Assembly: GCA_030141605.1 (NCBI GenBank)
Contig: JAQGDQ010000776.1
Location: 33,670 to 97,669 of the forward strand
Source: Tubiluchus corallicola
Lineage: Eukaryota; Animalia; Priapulida
Direction of reading: 5' to 3'
Length of the DNA: 64,000 nt
In this document: positions 40,525-52,532 of the stretch, in pieces
How positions within the stretch are numbered: the first letter of the stretch is position 1
Layout of the letters: each line of letters begins with the position of its first letter
Notes under the pieces: generated by a model
What the model was told of the DNA's origin: nothing
Seen by the model: only the letters and a program-made list of their open reading frames with translations
Databases searched by the model: none
Position numbers and translations under genes: made by a program

Positions 40525-43500
40525 GTATTACCCTAAAGCAATTATCCTTTCAGCATCCAGTTCCACTCCATTAACTTGTGCAATGAATATTACTGCCACA
40601 GTTTCGTACAGAGCAGCACCGTCCATGTTTATAGTAGCTCCTATAGGTGATACAAATCTTGCTACCCTTGTATCAATGTTGCACTTTTCTTCTAGGTTTG
40701 ATATCGTTATAGGCAGAGTAGCTGAGCTATACAAAAAGTTACAACAGTTCAGAAAATTACTGAATGTGAAAAAGCCAAAAGCGTTGTTAGTAGATCTATT
40801 CAGAATTGGGTGGATATCACTTTCTTAATTATCTGCATCAGCAAATCTGCGATTTTTGTGAAATTTGAAAATCAGCACGAGCGACAACATCTGCGACAAT
40901 GTTGATAAAAACCTGACTTGCCATGTACAGCCTGACGTCTTTCTCATCTATTGCGAGACTGAGCGAGAATGACGTGCAAGGTACAGAAAGCGTCTTTGGT
41001 TACCGATGTTTGCTTGCCGATTTCTTGTGACCTTGTGTCTGTACGTGATTTTTCTTGCGCAACGAAAAATGGTGGTTCCTCAAATTTAATGCCGCTGACA
41101 ACGAAGTCAAAAGAAGCAAGTTTTACTGTAAGTTCATAATCAAATAAATTGAACATTCGTAATGAGAGTAGGACTTTACGATGTAAAAACTCTGATGTTA
41201 AAAACTTATATGAAGCTTATATTATATGAATATAATAAAACTTATATTAATCAGCAATAAATCACCAGTCAATCTCTGCCACAGAATTTTGTTCGTAAAT
41301 CCACCATGACAACTCACACAATACTGCCGGATGCTATACCACAGTAATACATCATTATAACACTTATCACACATTAACCCGTAATGACCAAGAAGAAGTC
41401 TCTATGTCTGTACGAGCTGTTATACCTTAGACGTACGAAAAACAACATTAACTCTATGGTTTAAAGCATTACCTTGAAGCAGTACCAAGTGCTGTGAGTA
41501 AAGCCTGCGTCATTCCTAGGAGATGCTGATATGGATTTTTTCGTGTAAATATAAAATACAAAGTTGGCAGTAGTACAAATGCGTGAATCCCTAGACCAAA
41601 TGCACATGTAAGCAAGTACATGCCAATACGACCAAATATCCTGTGATGGTCGTCCCTTTCAACAATTTCGTCAGCTATCAAAGAGCAGATTCCAATTGGA
41701 GAGAACCTAAATAAATGTCAAAATAGGAATGCACTGATGCACTGATGCAGAGGTTTAACCAAAAATTTCATTAACTATAAATTAATAACATCTGCCTTTC
41801 AGCTTTCAGCAAAGTAAAAAAAATGTCATTAAAATAAAATGCGCGTCGTTAGGTGGAAAAAAAATGTGTCAAATGTTCGGCGTCATTAAACTGAAAAGTC
41901 GCTAAATGGGGAGTCGTTTAGCAAGTACATACTGTACATCATATTAAATAAACCACTGGTCTGAAAAAAAGAAAGTTCAATATACGTAGAAAAAATGTCA
42001 TATCAAGAGAGGCTTAGAAAATGCTCACTTACAAACTTAGAATGGAGTAGATATAGAGGAGACTTGATGTAAACGTTTTGGGGGTGCAGAATAGATAAAA
42101 TCGATTTATATTGTTTTCAATGCACCTGTGGATGCATTATTCTTTTCCTGCAGATATTTCTTATTAGTTTTTTCTACGGGTTATTCTGCAGGCTGATCTG
42201 CAATGTGGAAAACGCATCCGCATCTGCAAGTTACATAAACACCATTTAACACAGCATAAAAGAATAAAAAATGTTTACCCTGATTAATGAAAGCAGAACC
42301 AGGGAGCATTCTCATTCCAAAATCTGTAAACGTAGAGCCAGATTGGACTGCAGAAAAAATTTTCACGGAATGCCTAACTTCACAAGCAGGAACAATGTTG
42401 CACAAAGCCTTTGATATGGTAACGGCCAGTGACCATGTTAGTTAGTTTATGCTTGCCAGTGGGAAGTTAGTTGTTTCTATGACATTGCAAAAAACACTAG
42501 TACAAAAATGTGGAATTCAAGGATGGTTTTTAAACAATACTCTTCCTGAAGGTTTATTCGAACAACATTTCTACCGATTTAGCAACTATTTCATCTTGTG
42601 ATATTTTTAATGCAAACGCCAGATGATGAAATCAGAAAGGAATGCTTTTATTAAACAAACAAAACGTTTCGTGAGATGCTCCTCACGTTGTCAATTGTAA
42701 ACAGATGTAAGTCAAAATCTTCAACAATTGGTACGATCATGTACTTAAGTAATAAGGAAAAAACCATTAGCTGTGATGTGATTGCAGCTACGATCAACGA
42801 CCAGCCCAGGAGGAAGAGGATATTCTACAAAAGTAGTTTGTAGCTATAGCTTGTAGCTATAGCCCTCCATCTTGCTCTTATAGCAACAAATTACTTTCAT
42901 AAAATGTTCCTCTCCCTTCAGTATATGATCGTACCAACTATTGAAGACTTTGACTTACAGTTGTTTAAAATTGACAATGCGCAGAACACCCCTCTAAATG
43001 TTTTGTTTGCTTAATGAAAGTATTCAATTTTATCAGTGATGCCGTCTTTTATAACAGAAACTCTTTCTGTCTTTTGTAATAAAAGTACTCCAATAAAGAA
43101 AATTGATACTATAATCAACATCACAACTGTCCACTTTAGATACCACAAAAGTGTGACATTCTAACGCAGAAGCCATTGCGAATCTTTTAAAACTTCACAC
43201 ATGTATAACTCAAGCCAACACTTACCACATGCAAATGTGAACAAGTTTGACAACAGCCAGGTTGAATGCACCGCAGAAATGTCGGAGAGGCAATCCGCTT
43301 ATTCCAAGCATGCCGGTCGTGATCCCAAAACATATGCTGTAAATGGCGATGCCCAAAACGTTTACTCCAGGGTCTGTTTCAGTGTGAAAATCCCAAGTGT
43401 AATGATCGTCAGGGTTGCCACCTATGTAATAAGTCATTTAATGATCCCATAGTTATTGGCAATAAGCCTTTTTAGAGTTTCGTTGTACGCACATGCAGTT

Positions 43501-44785
43501 GCTGTAGGTCAAAGGTTACGTGTACTACAGCATCGCCTCTTAACTACAACCGTCATTTGATGTGTGTGTAAAAAGCTGTCTGCCGAACCAGTTCAGTAAC
43601 TTCAACTGTTTTACGCTTTCTTTACTTCATTATGCATTAATCTCTGCATAAAGTAATTTACTGGCATTATCTGACTTTGGAACAACAAAAAGATTAACTT
43701 GGTGAGGTTCTTGCTAGCTGTTAAAAGTGTTACTAATACAATAGCTTGGGCTGCGAGGTGTTGTCAAGCGTAAACAAACGCATTGTCTGTTACACTTAAC
43801 CTTTAACCTTTTAATGATCATCATCATTTGCTGGAACTGTGAAAAGACTTATTGTGTCATGGATATAATTGAATTCGCAATTCAAGTACTTAGTTAACTT
43901 AGTTAAGCTAGCCTGGTCTCAAAGTTATACACAATACGAATTTTTACCTGTGTATCTCAGAACCTTTCCTGTGGTATTTGCAAGCTCACCTTCAAATGTC
44001 GTTTCTTTTAGCTTTGGCTTGGTGATTTTTGTATACTCCTGTGTGTACAAGATACAAGAAATACTAGGTTACTCCATCTTTTGTCACTCACAGCCATTTT
44101 AGTTGTCTGTGATAATAACGATAATTATAATAATGTCGGCAATAATACACATTACATGACGTTATTCACGTCTGAATATACCTAAAGGGACAAACACACA
44201 ATCCTCCAATCTAGGCAACAACTGTGACATTCAAAACCAGACTAGACTTTGATAAGAAAATTCAGATGATGTTGTTCATGCTGTTTAAGAGTTACTGCTG
44301 CAACGTTTACTGTATGCCTCTATGGACAAATTACAGTGATGGTGTGATAAATAGACTGTGTATTCCATTATAACAAAACTGTTTTGCTTAAAGCGGGCCT
44401 ACGATTGTAGTGCTTCTGGCATGTGTGTAAACCTATCGCTACCACATTTTAGTGATATTCGCAGAAGATCATGTTATAGCGTTCGATCGAAATAGGTTAC
44501 TTCTGTACACTGACAATAGTATTATAATTGCTATCATTAACTCACTTGTCAAATCTTGCTCTTTTGTGATAAGGAATGAATTATTACATAATTACCCTCT
44601 AAAATTTCTTAAGCTTTTCTTTTACCAACCCTGTATATATATTTACTCTTGTAATTTTTACTTCATTTTAGTATTGTCATTGTATTTTATATGGTCTTAG
44701 CTGCCGAAATAAAAATTTGAATTGAATTTAATTGTACATGCACGATAATATTGACAACATTACTATTATCGTGTGTGTGTGGTGT

Positions 44786-44876
<91 letters not shown>

Positions 44877-45511
44877 CTGTGCTCGTCTGTAGTTAAACTG
44901 GCAAGGCATTAGACCTTAAAAATAACTAAATAAATAAAAGTACTATTGGTATTTAGAAATTATAAGTTTACTTTTTCTACACAAGCAGCAACAAGGTTTT
45001 CAGGAAACATGCTTCTTATCAAATCAAGGAAAGCGTCAATAGCGGTCGATGGTCTAGCTTCCTTTTTTGCAATGTCAGTATCCGTTTCTTTGTGGTATCC
45101 TGGCCTGATTGCATACGACACAGCAATGCCAAGTAACACAGCCATCATAGTGGTAGATAGCAAGTATACTAAAAACGTCCATCCCATGCGTCCAGAGAGT
45201 TTAACATCTAAAGCAGCTAGGCAAGATATTAAGCTAGATACCATCAGTGGCAGCATCAGCGCTTTGAGCATGCGCAGAAAAATCTCGCCTGGAAAGCTGA
45301 GGTACATCAACTGCCTTCTTGTTAAACCTTTTCCACGCAAACCATCTCCAAGAGCAATGCCAAACACGACTGAAAACACTATTAGTGTCAGTAAAATATT
45401 TTCACGTACTGAAAAAAATTGCAGCAGCTTCTGCCTTACAAAATATCCTCTTGTTCGACTTTGTGGCAAACTTTCAGCATTTGTATTCGTCAGTTTAGTT
45501 AATTGATGCAT
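39066..45511 (-). CDS. SLC1-family Na+-coupled amino acid transporter, copy B, complete 7 exons, 547 aa
   Basis: Exons 45511-44972, 44038-43948, 43421-43226, 41706-41473, 40726-40532, 40019-39885 and 39318-39066. All introns are GT-AG with compatible phases (0,1,2,2,2,2), total 1644 nt. Motifs [50 protein letters not shown] and [17 protein letters not shown]. Confidence 0.92.
40120..40521. repeat. Compound (GGAT)n/(GGAC)n/(GATA)n/(GA)n microsatellite in SLC1 intron 5 (also at 58490-58850)
   Basis: Visible simple repeats. Array length differs between copies B and D. Confidence 0.9.
41995..42080 (+). mobile_element. Short CR1-type LINE ORF2 C-terminal remnant (also at ~60285-60370)
   Basis: Reads [26 protein letters not shown], similar to the CR1 C-terminal SYEERL..L.L..LE.RR.RGDLI motif. 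Confidence 0.5.
42640..43025. mobile_element. Fold-back/MITE-like element with ~100-bp inverted arms (also at ~60930-61285)
   Basis: aaacaaaacgttt...ttgtcaattgtaaacagatgtaagtcaaaatcttcaacaattggtacgatcat pairs with atgatcgtaccaactattgaagactttgacttacagttgtttaaaattgacaa...aaatgttttgttt. Confidence 0.7.
43460..43853 (+). mobile_element. MITE family X, complete copy (also at 61723-62118)
   Basis: ~22-bp TIRs CAATAAGCCTTTTTAGAGTTTC ... GGAACTGTGAAAAGACTTATTG. Five copies in the window. Confidence 0.75.
44772..44875. repeat. (GT)n microsatellite (also at 63034-63138)
   Basis: Dinucleotide run. Confidence 0.9.
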
Positions 45512-45741
45512 TTCAACTCATTTTCAGACGACTAATCACATTTGAGTCAAGTGTAAATCACGTATTCAAAAGTAATTAAAACGTTCCAGTTCACATTTAC
45601 TGACACACAATATAAGTAGATACAGTACATACACGTACACAATAGAATTGTATGACTTGACTTTGCATTCTTTATTAGCTCTGTAGGTTTTTAGACCCAA
45701 TAATTCCGTGTTTCCATTTCAGAGTTTCTATTTCACAGTAA

Positions 45742-45743
45742 NN
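45742..45743. other. Assembly gap or ambiguous bases (nn)
   Basis: Literal 'nn' in the sequence, immediately after the segment that matches the window end. Confidence 0.9.
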
Positions 45744-45849
45744 ATAGAACCCATTGTTTAGGCGAAGTGCCTATTATGACAAATTTAAAAAAACTTTTTT
45801 CTGTAACCTATAGTTTTACTTGCTTAAATGGACAATACAAAGCTAATTT

Positions 45850-46150
45850 ACAACACGTTCAGACTTGCGACCGTTCTTGCCAAGTAAACTCGCCAAGTAA
45901 CTCTCAAAGTAACTCGCAAGCATGTTCAGACAAGAAAACAGCACTTTCTGCGTGTTACTCTGCGACAGTAAGCGCGAGAATTGACACTCTCTTCTCTCCT
46001 CCCTGCGGGAAGAGTAGAGAGTGACTCGCCAAAGCGTTCACACTAGACAGTCTTTCTACCAGAGAGTTTGAAAATTCTTACCGACAGCAACTCGCAAAGC
46101 AGTCCACAGTTGCGATTTTACTGTCAGAGAAGGAGTCTGAACCTGCCGTT
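45850..46150. mobile_element. Small MITE with short TIRs
   Basis: gttcagact at ~45856 and agtctgaac at ~46134, with internal aactcgc repeats. Confidence 0.4.
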
Positions 46151-47309
46151 AGAATTAAATATAGTAATGGAACAGATTGAAAGAAGAACGCCATATTGTT
46201 CTAAATGTTATGATATCTATCAACGTTCCCTTTAAAGGTTTATATAGCATCTTGGCCTATACCACTTTTTTGGCTTAAACAAGAAAAGGCCTAATTAAAG
46301 CAAGTCTCAAAAAATTTTAGCTAAAGAATTATAACGGTTAGAGGCAATCTTAAGCGTTTATCATACTCACGTTAAAAGAATTTCCTGTTTGCTTTCATTT
46401 TAAATACTCCCGCGAGACTGTCACAGCGGCGCCATATTAGATGGCGTCACATAACCACAACACAAGTCTTTGTAGTACACGTGCTCAGAACTCACTGCGA
46501 CTGTGTTTGAGTGACGTCATGAACGTGATCAGTCACATGCTGGCTTTTCAATTGACGGACTAAATGAAACATGTCTGCGCCAACATTTACTGCAGGGGTT
46601 GAAATATTTTACAAAAATTGGAGTAAATGTGAAAATGTGAGTACCTTATTCGCTCAACGTTATACTTAGGTGATATAATTTATTATTACGAATTTTCTGA
46701 GGCTTACTTTGGTTGACCATTTTCTTGTCTTTCAATATACTCCATAAGTGCTAAAATTTAATATTGGTACCTTTCTACCACATTAATTCTTATTTGATAG
46801 CCATAGGTTACAGAAAAAATGAACGATGAACTATGAACTCAGTGAACTTGATGAACAGCTAGCTTTCATTGTTATTGCCAGCTTAGAAAAAACTACGTTG
46901 TCGCACAATATCAATATTCAACGGTGAATAACGGTCAAGTCTGGCCTCGGCTATGTCTTCCCCTGACACGTATTTCACAACCTCACTAGGAAGTTCCAAG
47001 GTGACTTTCTGGAACACTTGGGGCTCGCCTTCTGTGGCAAGTTCATCATGGATGAAGTGGTGCACAACTCCTGCACCAATTGCATCACCCCAAACGTTCA
47101 CAACGGTGCAAAGTCTGTCCCTAAAATGTAAGACTAATGAGCTCCTTATTTCGTACTGGACTATCTATGGTACTAGACTGCACATATGATGATGATGACG
47201 ATGAAAATAATGATTATGATAATAGTTTATGACAATGACACCAATCATATAGATGATAAAGAAGCATACAAACAAAATGTTCATGAACTAGACGAAACAC
47301 CAATAAAAA

Positions 47310-48991
47310 TAATAAGCTTTTTCACAGTTTCAGCGATTGGTGGTGATCGTGAAAAGGTCAAAGGTTAAGTGAGCCGGACAACGCATGTATGTACACTTGG
47401 TAACGCCTTACCGTCCAAGCTACTGTAATAGCAATCGTTTTAACAGCTAGCTAGAACCTTTCTTAGTTCATTTTTTCTTGTTCCCAAGCAAGATCCTGCT
47501 AATATAGGTTTTACACATCAAATGTAGACGCAGGAATGTTCAAATGTGACTTTGGTAAGTCAAATGTAGACACAGGAATTTCGAATGTGTTTTGTTAACT
47601 CAGATGTGACTTAGGTAAGTCAAATGTAGACATAGGAATTTTGAATGTGTTTTGGTAACTCAAATGTGACTTAGGTAAGTCAAATGTAGATGCGGTACTT
47701 CGAATAAATCGGTAATTAACTGATTTAAGTGCAAATTACAAAAAGATAAAACCAAATTAAAATTATATTTTATGGTCATGGTGCTGTCGGCAGCATCAAT
47801 TTTCATTATGTTTATTTAATTTGCAACTATTTGTATGGACGTTAATACATTTTTTAATTTAAAAGTGTTGTACATAAATAAGTTAACAACTATACAATTA
47901 TTAATATATACACCAATTCTACATTTTATCAACGTTTTACAAAAACATTTTTTTGAATAATTAACCAAATTATTCTGAATAATTTCTATCCACTACAGCA
48001 TCTTCTAACACCTTCATTACAATCAGGTGCCTTTTTAGCACATTAGCTAACTCTCAGGCATATCTCGGCACATAGACGCAATGACTTGCTCTAGCGTAAA
48101 TTCTGGATAAGATTAACCGCATAGTCTCCCATTTCTTCATCGACGAGCTTTCTTCTGAAGCCGCCACGTGGTTTGACAATTCTATCCTCCAGTGCTCTCT
48201 TAATAATAGCCCACGCAGTTGATTTTTTCATACTAAGTTGTCATGCAAGATGTAAGTAATCATCACCTCCATCATAACTTTAAAAAATGCGTTGTTTATC
48301 CTCAAACGAAATTCTTTGATAAACCATAATGTTGGCAGAAAAGAATAAATCGGTTCCTACTTCCCAGTGAACAGTGAATCACTAATTAGTTTTTTAAGTA
48401 ATGCATTAGCATTGCATTAATGAATTAGTTTCTCTCAAGAAACATTGTTTATTTTAAAAATGTATTGTTTTCTCTAACAGTTCCAATGGCATGTAAAGTT
48501 TGCAGAATATTAGTGAGGCTATAACGTTGCTATTTTAACTTAAGAGCAACTACTAAATTGAAATTAAAGAAGATTAAATTTAACAACATTAAACTGTCCA
48601 CATTTGAGATACCAATGTCACATTTGACCTGACATGTGTCTGCATTTGACTTACCGAAAAACACTTAAGATTTCTTGAAAACCATTATTAACACATTTGA
48701 ACTATATAAGTCTACATTTGAGTTACCAAGACATAATTGAATTACCTAAATCTACCTCTGAGTTAACGCAGGTCTAGATTTGACAGGTAAAACCTATAAA
48801 TCACCCCATGCACAGACTAGTGCATAATTAAGTAAAGACGACGCAAAACAACTGAAGTTACTGAACTGAATAGGGCTTTGCTTTACACATGTCACATGAC
48901 CGTTGTAGTTAAGACGCATTGCTGTGATAGCTTAACCTTTGACATACAGCAAATGTGCTTGTATACAACGAAACTGTGAAAAGGCTTATTG
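47310..48991 (-). mobile_element. MITE family X copy, reverse orientation, split by a nested Tc1-like element
   Basis: TIRs aataagctttttcacagtttc at 47311 and gaaactgtgaaaaggcttattg at 48991. The halves 47310-47502 and 48799-48991 match the family. Confidence 0.7.
47505..48796 (-). mobile_element. Defective Tc1/mariner-IS630 superfamily DNA transposon
   Basis: TA target duplication, ~25-bp TIRs TAGGTTTTAC..TCAAAT.TAGAC and 60-bp subterminal repeats. A - strand remnant at ~48327-47975 reads MVYQRISFEDKQRIF*SYDGGDDYLHLA*QLSMKKSTAWAIIKR...KPRGG, resembling the N-terminal HTH and GRP-type linker. No DDE domain. Confidence 0.75.
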
Positions 48992-49371
48992 TGCTGAATA
49001 ATACAAAACAATACCGTCTTTCTGAGCACTGTTTTATGATAATTTGGCAACAACCAAAAGGAACAAAGTTTTATGAACGTTATTTATAAAGTAATGATAA
49101 TTCTGAGGGTAATAAGAACATAATTTTACATAAATATGATATTATGCAACAGAATCAAAATTTTGGGTACTTATACTAGCCAGTCGATAGAGAATATGAG
49201 AGATATGTCGGTCGCTGGCAATTCAATTGCTACAAGAACCATGTACATGGTAACTAAACTAGCTTCTGGTATACCTGACGTACTGATGCTAGCAGCTGTT
49301 GCTGCTATACTGAAAGAAAAATGCTAGATTCTTATTGTTTGTTGTTACTTCAACTTATTAGTTTAAACATA

Positions 49372-50392
49372 ATTTATTTAGGATTGGATCAGACAGTTTG
49401 AACAACGTGATTTAGGATCCTCACCACAACAGGCTTTATACACTATTTACAAGAACATTTACAGTAAGAATAGACCATAACTACACAAGCTGACAAGTTT
49501 TACTGCAAGAATACATTAGACATTAGTAGAAAATGACGGTTAGAAAATATTAATGTACGATTATTATATCAGATAGAAACTACTGGAAGCGTTTAGTACG
49601 TAATATAAAGTCATGTATACATTGGAATATTTTACAGTTAGCAACATAGCTAAATTCATCTTTTCCGAATAATAACAACTTCCTAGGGCAGCTATATTAA
49701 GGTATTCGGGCAGAATTATTTCATTTAATTTTTCATTAACGAATCCATTAAAACCGTATCATCTGCAAAAAGGCGAATATCAGATTTGAATGTCTTCTGT
49801 AATATCATGAGCATACACTAAAAATAGAAGGGGACCTAAGATAGAACTTTGGGGGATGCCAGATAATGTGACTTCGCAGAAGATGTATTACCGTTTAGCA
49901 TTACTCTTTGTGTTCGGTTTCGTAGCCAAGACAAAAGTTGGCCACTTACTCCATACTGCTTTAATTTGGATATCAAGCCTACATGCCGCACCTTATCAAA
50001 AGCTTTACTGTTGTCCAGAAAAATGCTGCAGATTTCAGCACCGTCGTCTAAACTTGTATTTGAAACTGGCTGTTTGATGGTGCTATCATTTGATTTGAAC
50101 CGCGAGTTCTTTTCCGTCAAAAAGTTATTATCAATAGCAAAGTTGTTATACATCTGATTAAAGACAACGCGTTCTAGAATCTTGGACATACATGAAAGTA
50201 GCTCCACGGGTCTGTAGTTCGAAACAAGCTGTCTATCTCCGCCTTTGTGTATGGGACAGGCATTTGCAACTTTCTACAAGCTAGGGAAATGACCTGACTG
50301 TAATGAGAAGTTAAACAATCGGGTTAATGGGCTTGATAATGAATCTGCACAAAGTTCAAGTACTTTGTTGCTTATTCTATCAGGACCTACAG
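49372..50392 (-). mobile_element. CR1-group LINE fragment (RT and 3' end), decayed
   Basis: NYRPVELLSCMSKILERVVF, IFLDNSKAFDKVRH, RTQRVMLNG, GIPQSSILGPLLFLVY and RLFADDT across frameshifts. Confidence 0.85.
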
Positions 50393-50393
50393 A

Positions 50394-50556
50394 CTAGCAA
50401 AGGCCCCGCAAAAAATTTTGCTTATAAATACACTTATAATCAAAAATGCGCGAATGTTCTATCTAGTGCTAGTCTGTTTATCAAAAACAAAGCCAGCAGC
50501 AGCAGCTTTTACTGAATTAAAGTTATAGACAGAGTATAATGGATGACGTCACAACA
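50394..50556 (-). mobile_element. Helitron 3'-end fragment, reverse orientation
   Basis: aCTAGcaaaggccccgcaaaaaattttgc...tgacgtcacaaca is the reverse complement of the family 3' end. Confidence 0.7.
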
Positions 50557-51367
50557 TCTCTTATATTAATATTCTTGGTATATATATATATTTATTTATA
50601 TATTTATTTATATATAAGATTCGAGGCTACAGCCCAGACGACGGCACCATTTGCGGCGATCTATATATCAAACGAAAGGTCTCGATCTAGTGTCGTCTCA
50701 TTGGGGGTTTATTTTTCGAATTGGGCCCACAGCGAGGAAGGGGAGGCGAAAAACCTCCAAAAATGGCCATTTTTCGGCCGTTTTTTGCAAAAGTTATACG
50801 GCTGAGATGTAGAGAAGGGGAACGGGCCGAGGGGGGTGCTGGGTATGGATAAATAGCCCGTTCAGCGGTGGGTGTCATAGGCCTATTTAGAATTCCCAAG
50901 AGGGCCACGGGGTCCCGTAACGGGCGTTTTCGCGGACCCAACTCGCGATTTTTTCGAAATTTTGATCAAACAGCCTGCGGGAAAAACGTTCTAGCGGCGC
51001 CCGGTGGGACTCTCGGAAAGAGATATATAGCTCTTTACAAAGAGGAAGGACAGGGCTACACGATGATGTAGGCTATATGTTAGGGCAGGTCCACCGAGAG
51101 GAGTATCAACGAGTTAGTTAGGAGTTCTATTTTCGGCAATTTTCACTTAGAAAATTGCTGACGCAAAGGCATTGTTGTGACGTCATCCATTGTATTCTGT
51201 CTATAATCTTATAGCTTTAATTCAGCAAAAAGCTGCTACAGGCAAAGTAAACAAACAGTAGACACGATGTTACGGGCTTTGTGTTATAAATGTGGACTAG
51301 GTAGGATGTTCGCGTATTATTGGTTACACGTGTATTTATACGCAATCTTTTGCGGGGCCTTTGCTAT
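50557..51367 (+). mobile_element. Non-autonomous Helitron, full-length copy
   Basis: 5' A|TCTCTTATATTAATATTCTTGG, 3' hairpin and gcggggcctttgCTAT (degenerate CTAG). No TIR or TSD. Colinear with 52533-53288. Confidence 0.75.
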
Positions 51368-51504
51368 TTAATATATTATAGCACATAGTTTCAACTTTGT
51401 GAAAAATGTTTGGAATGGTTTTGTTGTAATGCTGTGCTGTTGGTGCTTGTGCTATAGGTGTTGTCATCGTTGCCACCATCATCATCATCAACATCATGAT
51501 CACC

Positions 51505-52490
51505 ACGTGAGGTGGTGGATTTGATGTGGTGTGGTGGTGGTGTGCTTTGTGTGTTGTGCTATGGATGGTGTGGTGGGGTGATAGGGTGTGTGGGGTGTGG
51601 TGTGGGTAGTGTGGTATGGAGTGGGTGGCGTGGTGTGTGGGTGGGTGTTGTGGTGTGGTGTTATGGTGTGGTGCAGTGCGGTGTGATGTGGTGGAGTATT
51701 ATGGTGTGGGTGGTGTGGTGTGTGGGTGGTGCGGTGTGGTGTGGTGCAGTGGTATGGTGTGGTGTGATGTGGTGGAGTCGTATGGTGTGGTTGGTGTGGT
51801 GTGGTATGTGGGTTGTGCGGTGTGCTGCAGTGGTATGTTGTGGTGCGGTGTGGTGTGATGTGGTGGAGTGGTATGGTGTGGGTGGTGTGGTGTGTAGTGG
51901 GTGGGTGGTGTGGTGCAGTGTGGTGTTATGGTGTGGTGCTGTGCGGTGTGATGTGGTGGAGTATTATGGTGTGGGTGGTGTGGTGTGGTGTGTGGGTGGT
52001 GCGGTGCAGTGGTATGGTGTGGTGCAGTGTGGTGTGATGTGGTGGAGTCGTATGGTGTGGGTGGTGTGGTGTGGTGTGTGGGTGGTGCAGTGTGCTGCAG
52101 CGGTATGGTGTGGTGCGGTGTGGTGTGTAGGTGGGTGGGTGGTGTGGTGCAGTGTGGTTTTATGGTGTGGTGCTGTGTGGTGTGGTGCAGTGTGGTGTTA
52201 TGGTGTGGTGCTGTGCGGTGTGATGTGGTGGAGTATTATGGTGTGGGTGGTGTGGTGTGGTGTGTGGGTGGTGCAGTGGTATGGTGTGGTGCAGTGTGGT
52301 GTGATGTGGTGGAGTGGTATGGTGTGGGTGGTGTGGTGTGTAGGTGGTATGGTGTGGTGTGGGTGGTGTGGTGTGTAGGTGGGTGGGTGGTGTGGTGCAG
52401 TGTGGTGTTATGGTGTGGTGCTGTGTGGTGTGATGTGGTGGAGTGGTATGGTGTGGTGTGATGAGGTGGAGTGGTGTGGTGTGGGTTTTG
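51505..52490. repeat. GT-rich complex minisatellite (ggtgt-based)
   Basis: Degenerate GTGTG/GTGGT array that explains the V/W/C/G and H/T/P ORFs. Confidence 0.9.
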
Positions 52491-52532
52491 TGTTGATTTG
52501 TGCACAAAATTCTTTTTGTGGGGTTTGGCTAG

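Larger units (their letters stand above)
46883..49309 (-). pseudogene. SLC1 copy C: only exons 6 and 7 present
   Basis: Exon 6 at 49309-49175 ([25 protein letters not shown]...IDWLV) has two conserved Gly changed to Ser and its donor mutated to ATAAGT. Exon 7 at 47120-46883 is intact ([17 protein letters not shown]...RQRSFF*). Exons 1-5 were not found upstream. Confidence 0.75.

Noticed and set aside
44946-45506. + strand 186-aa ORF (also 63209-63769, 40523-40828, 43201-43452)
   Set aside because: Antisense shadows of SLC1 exons with no independent motifs.
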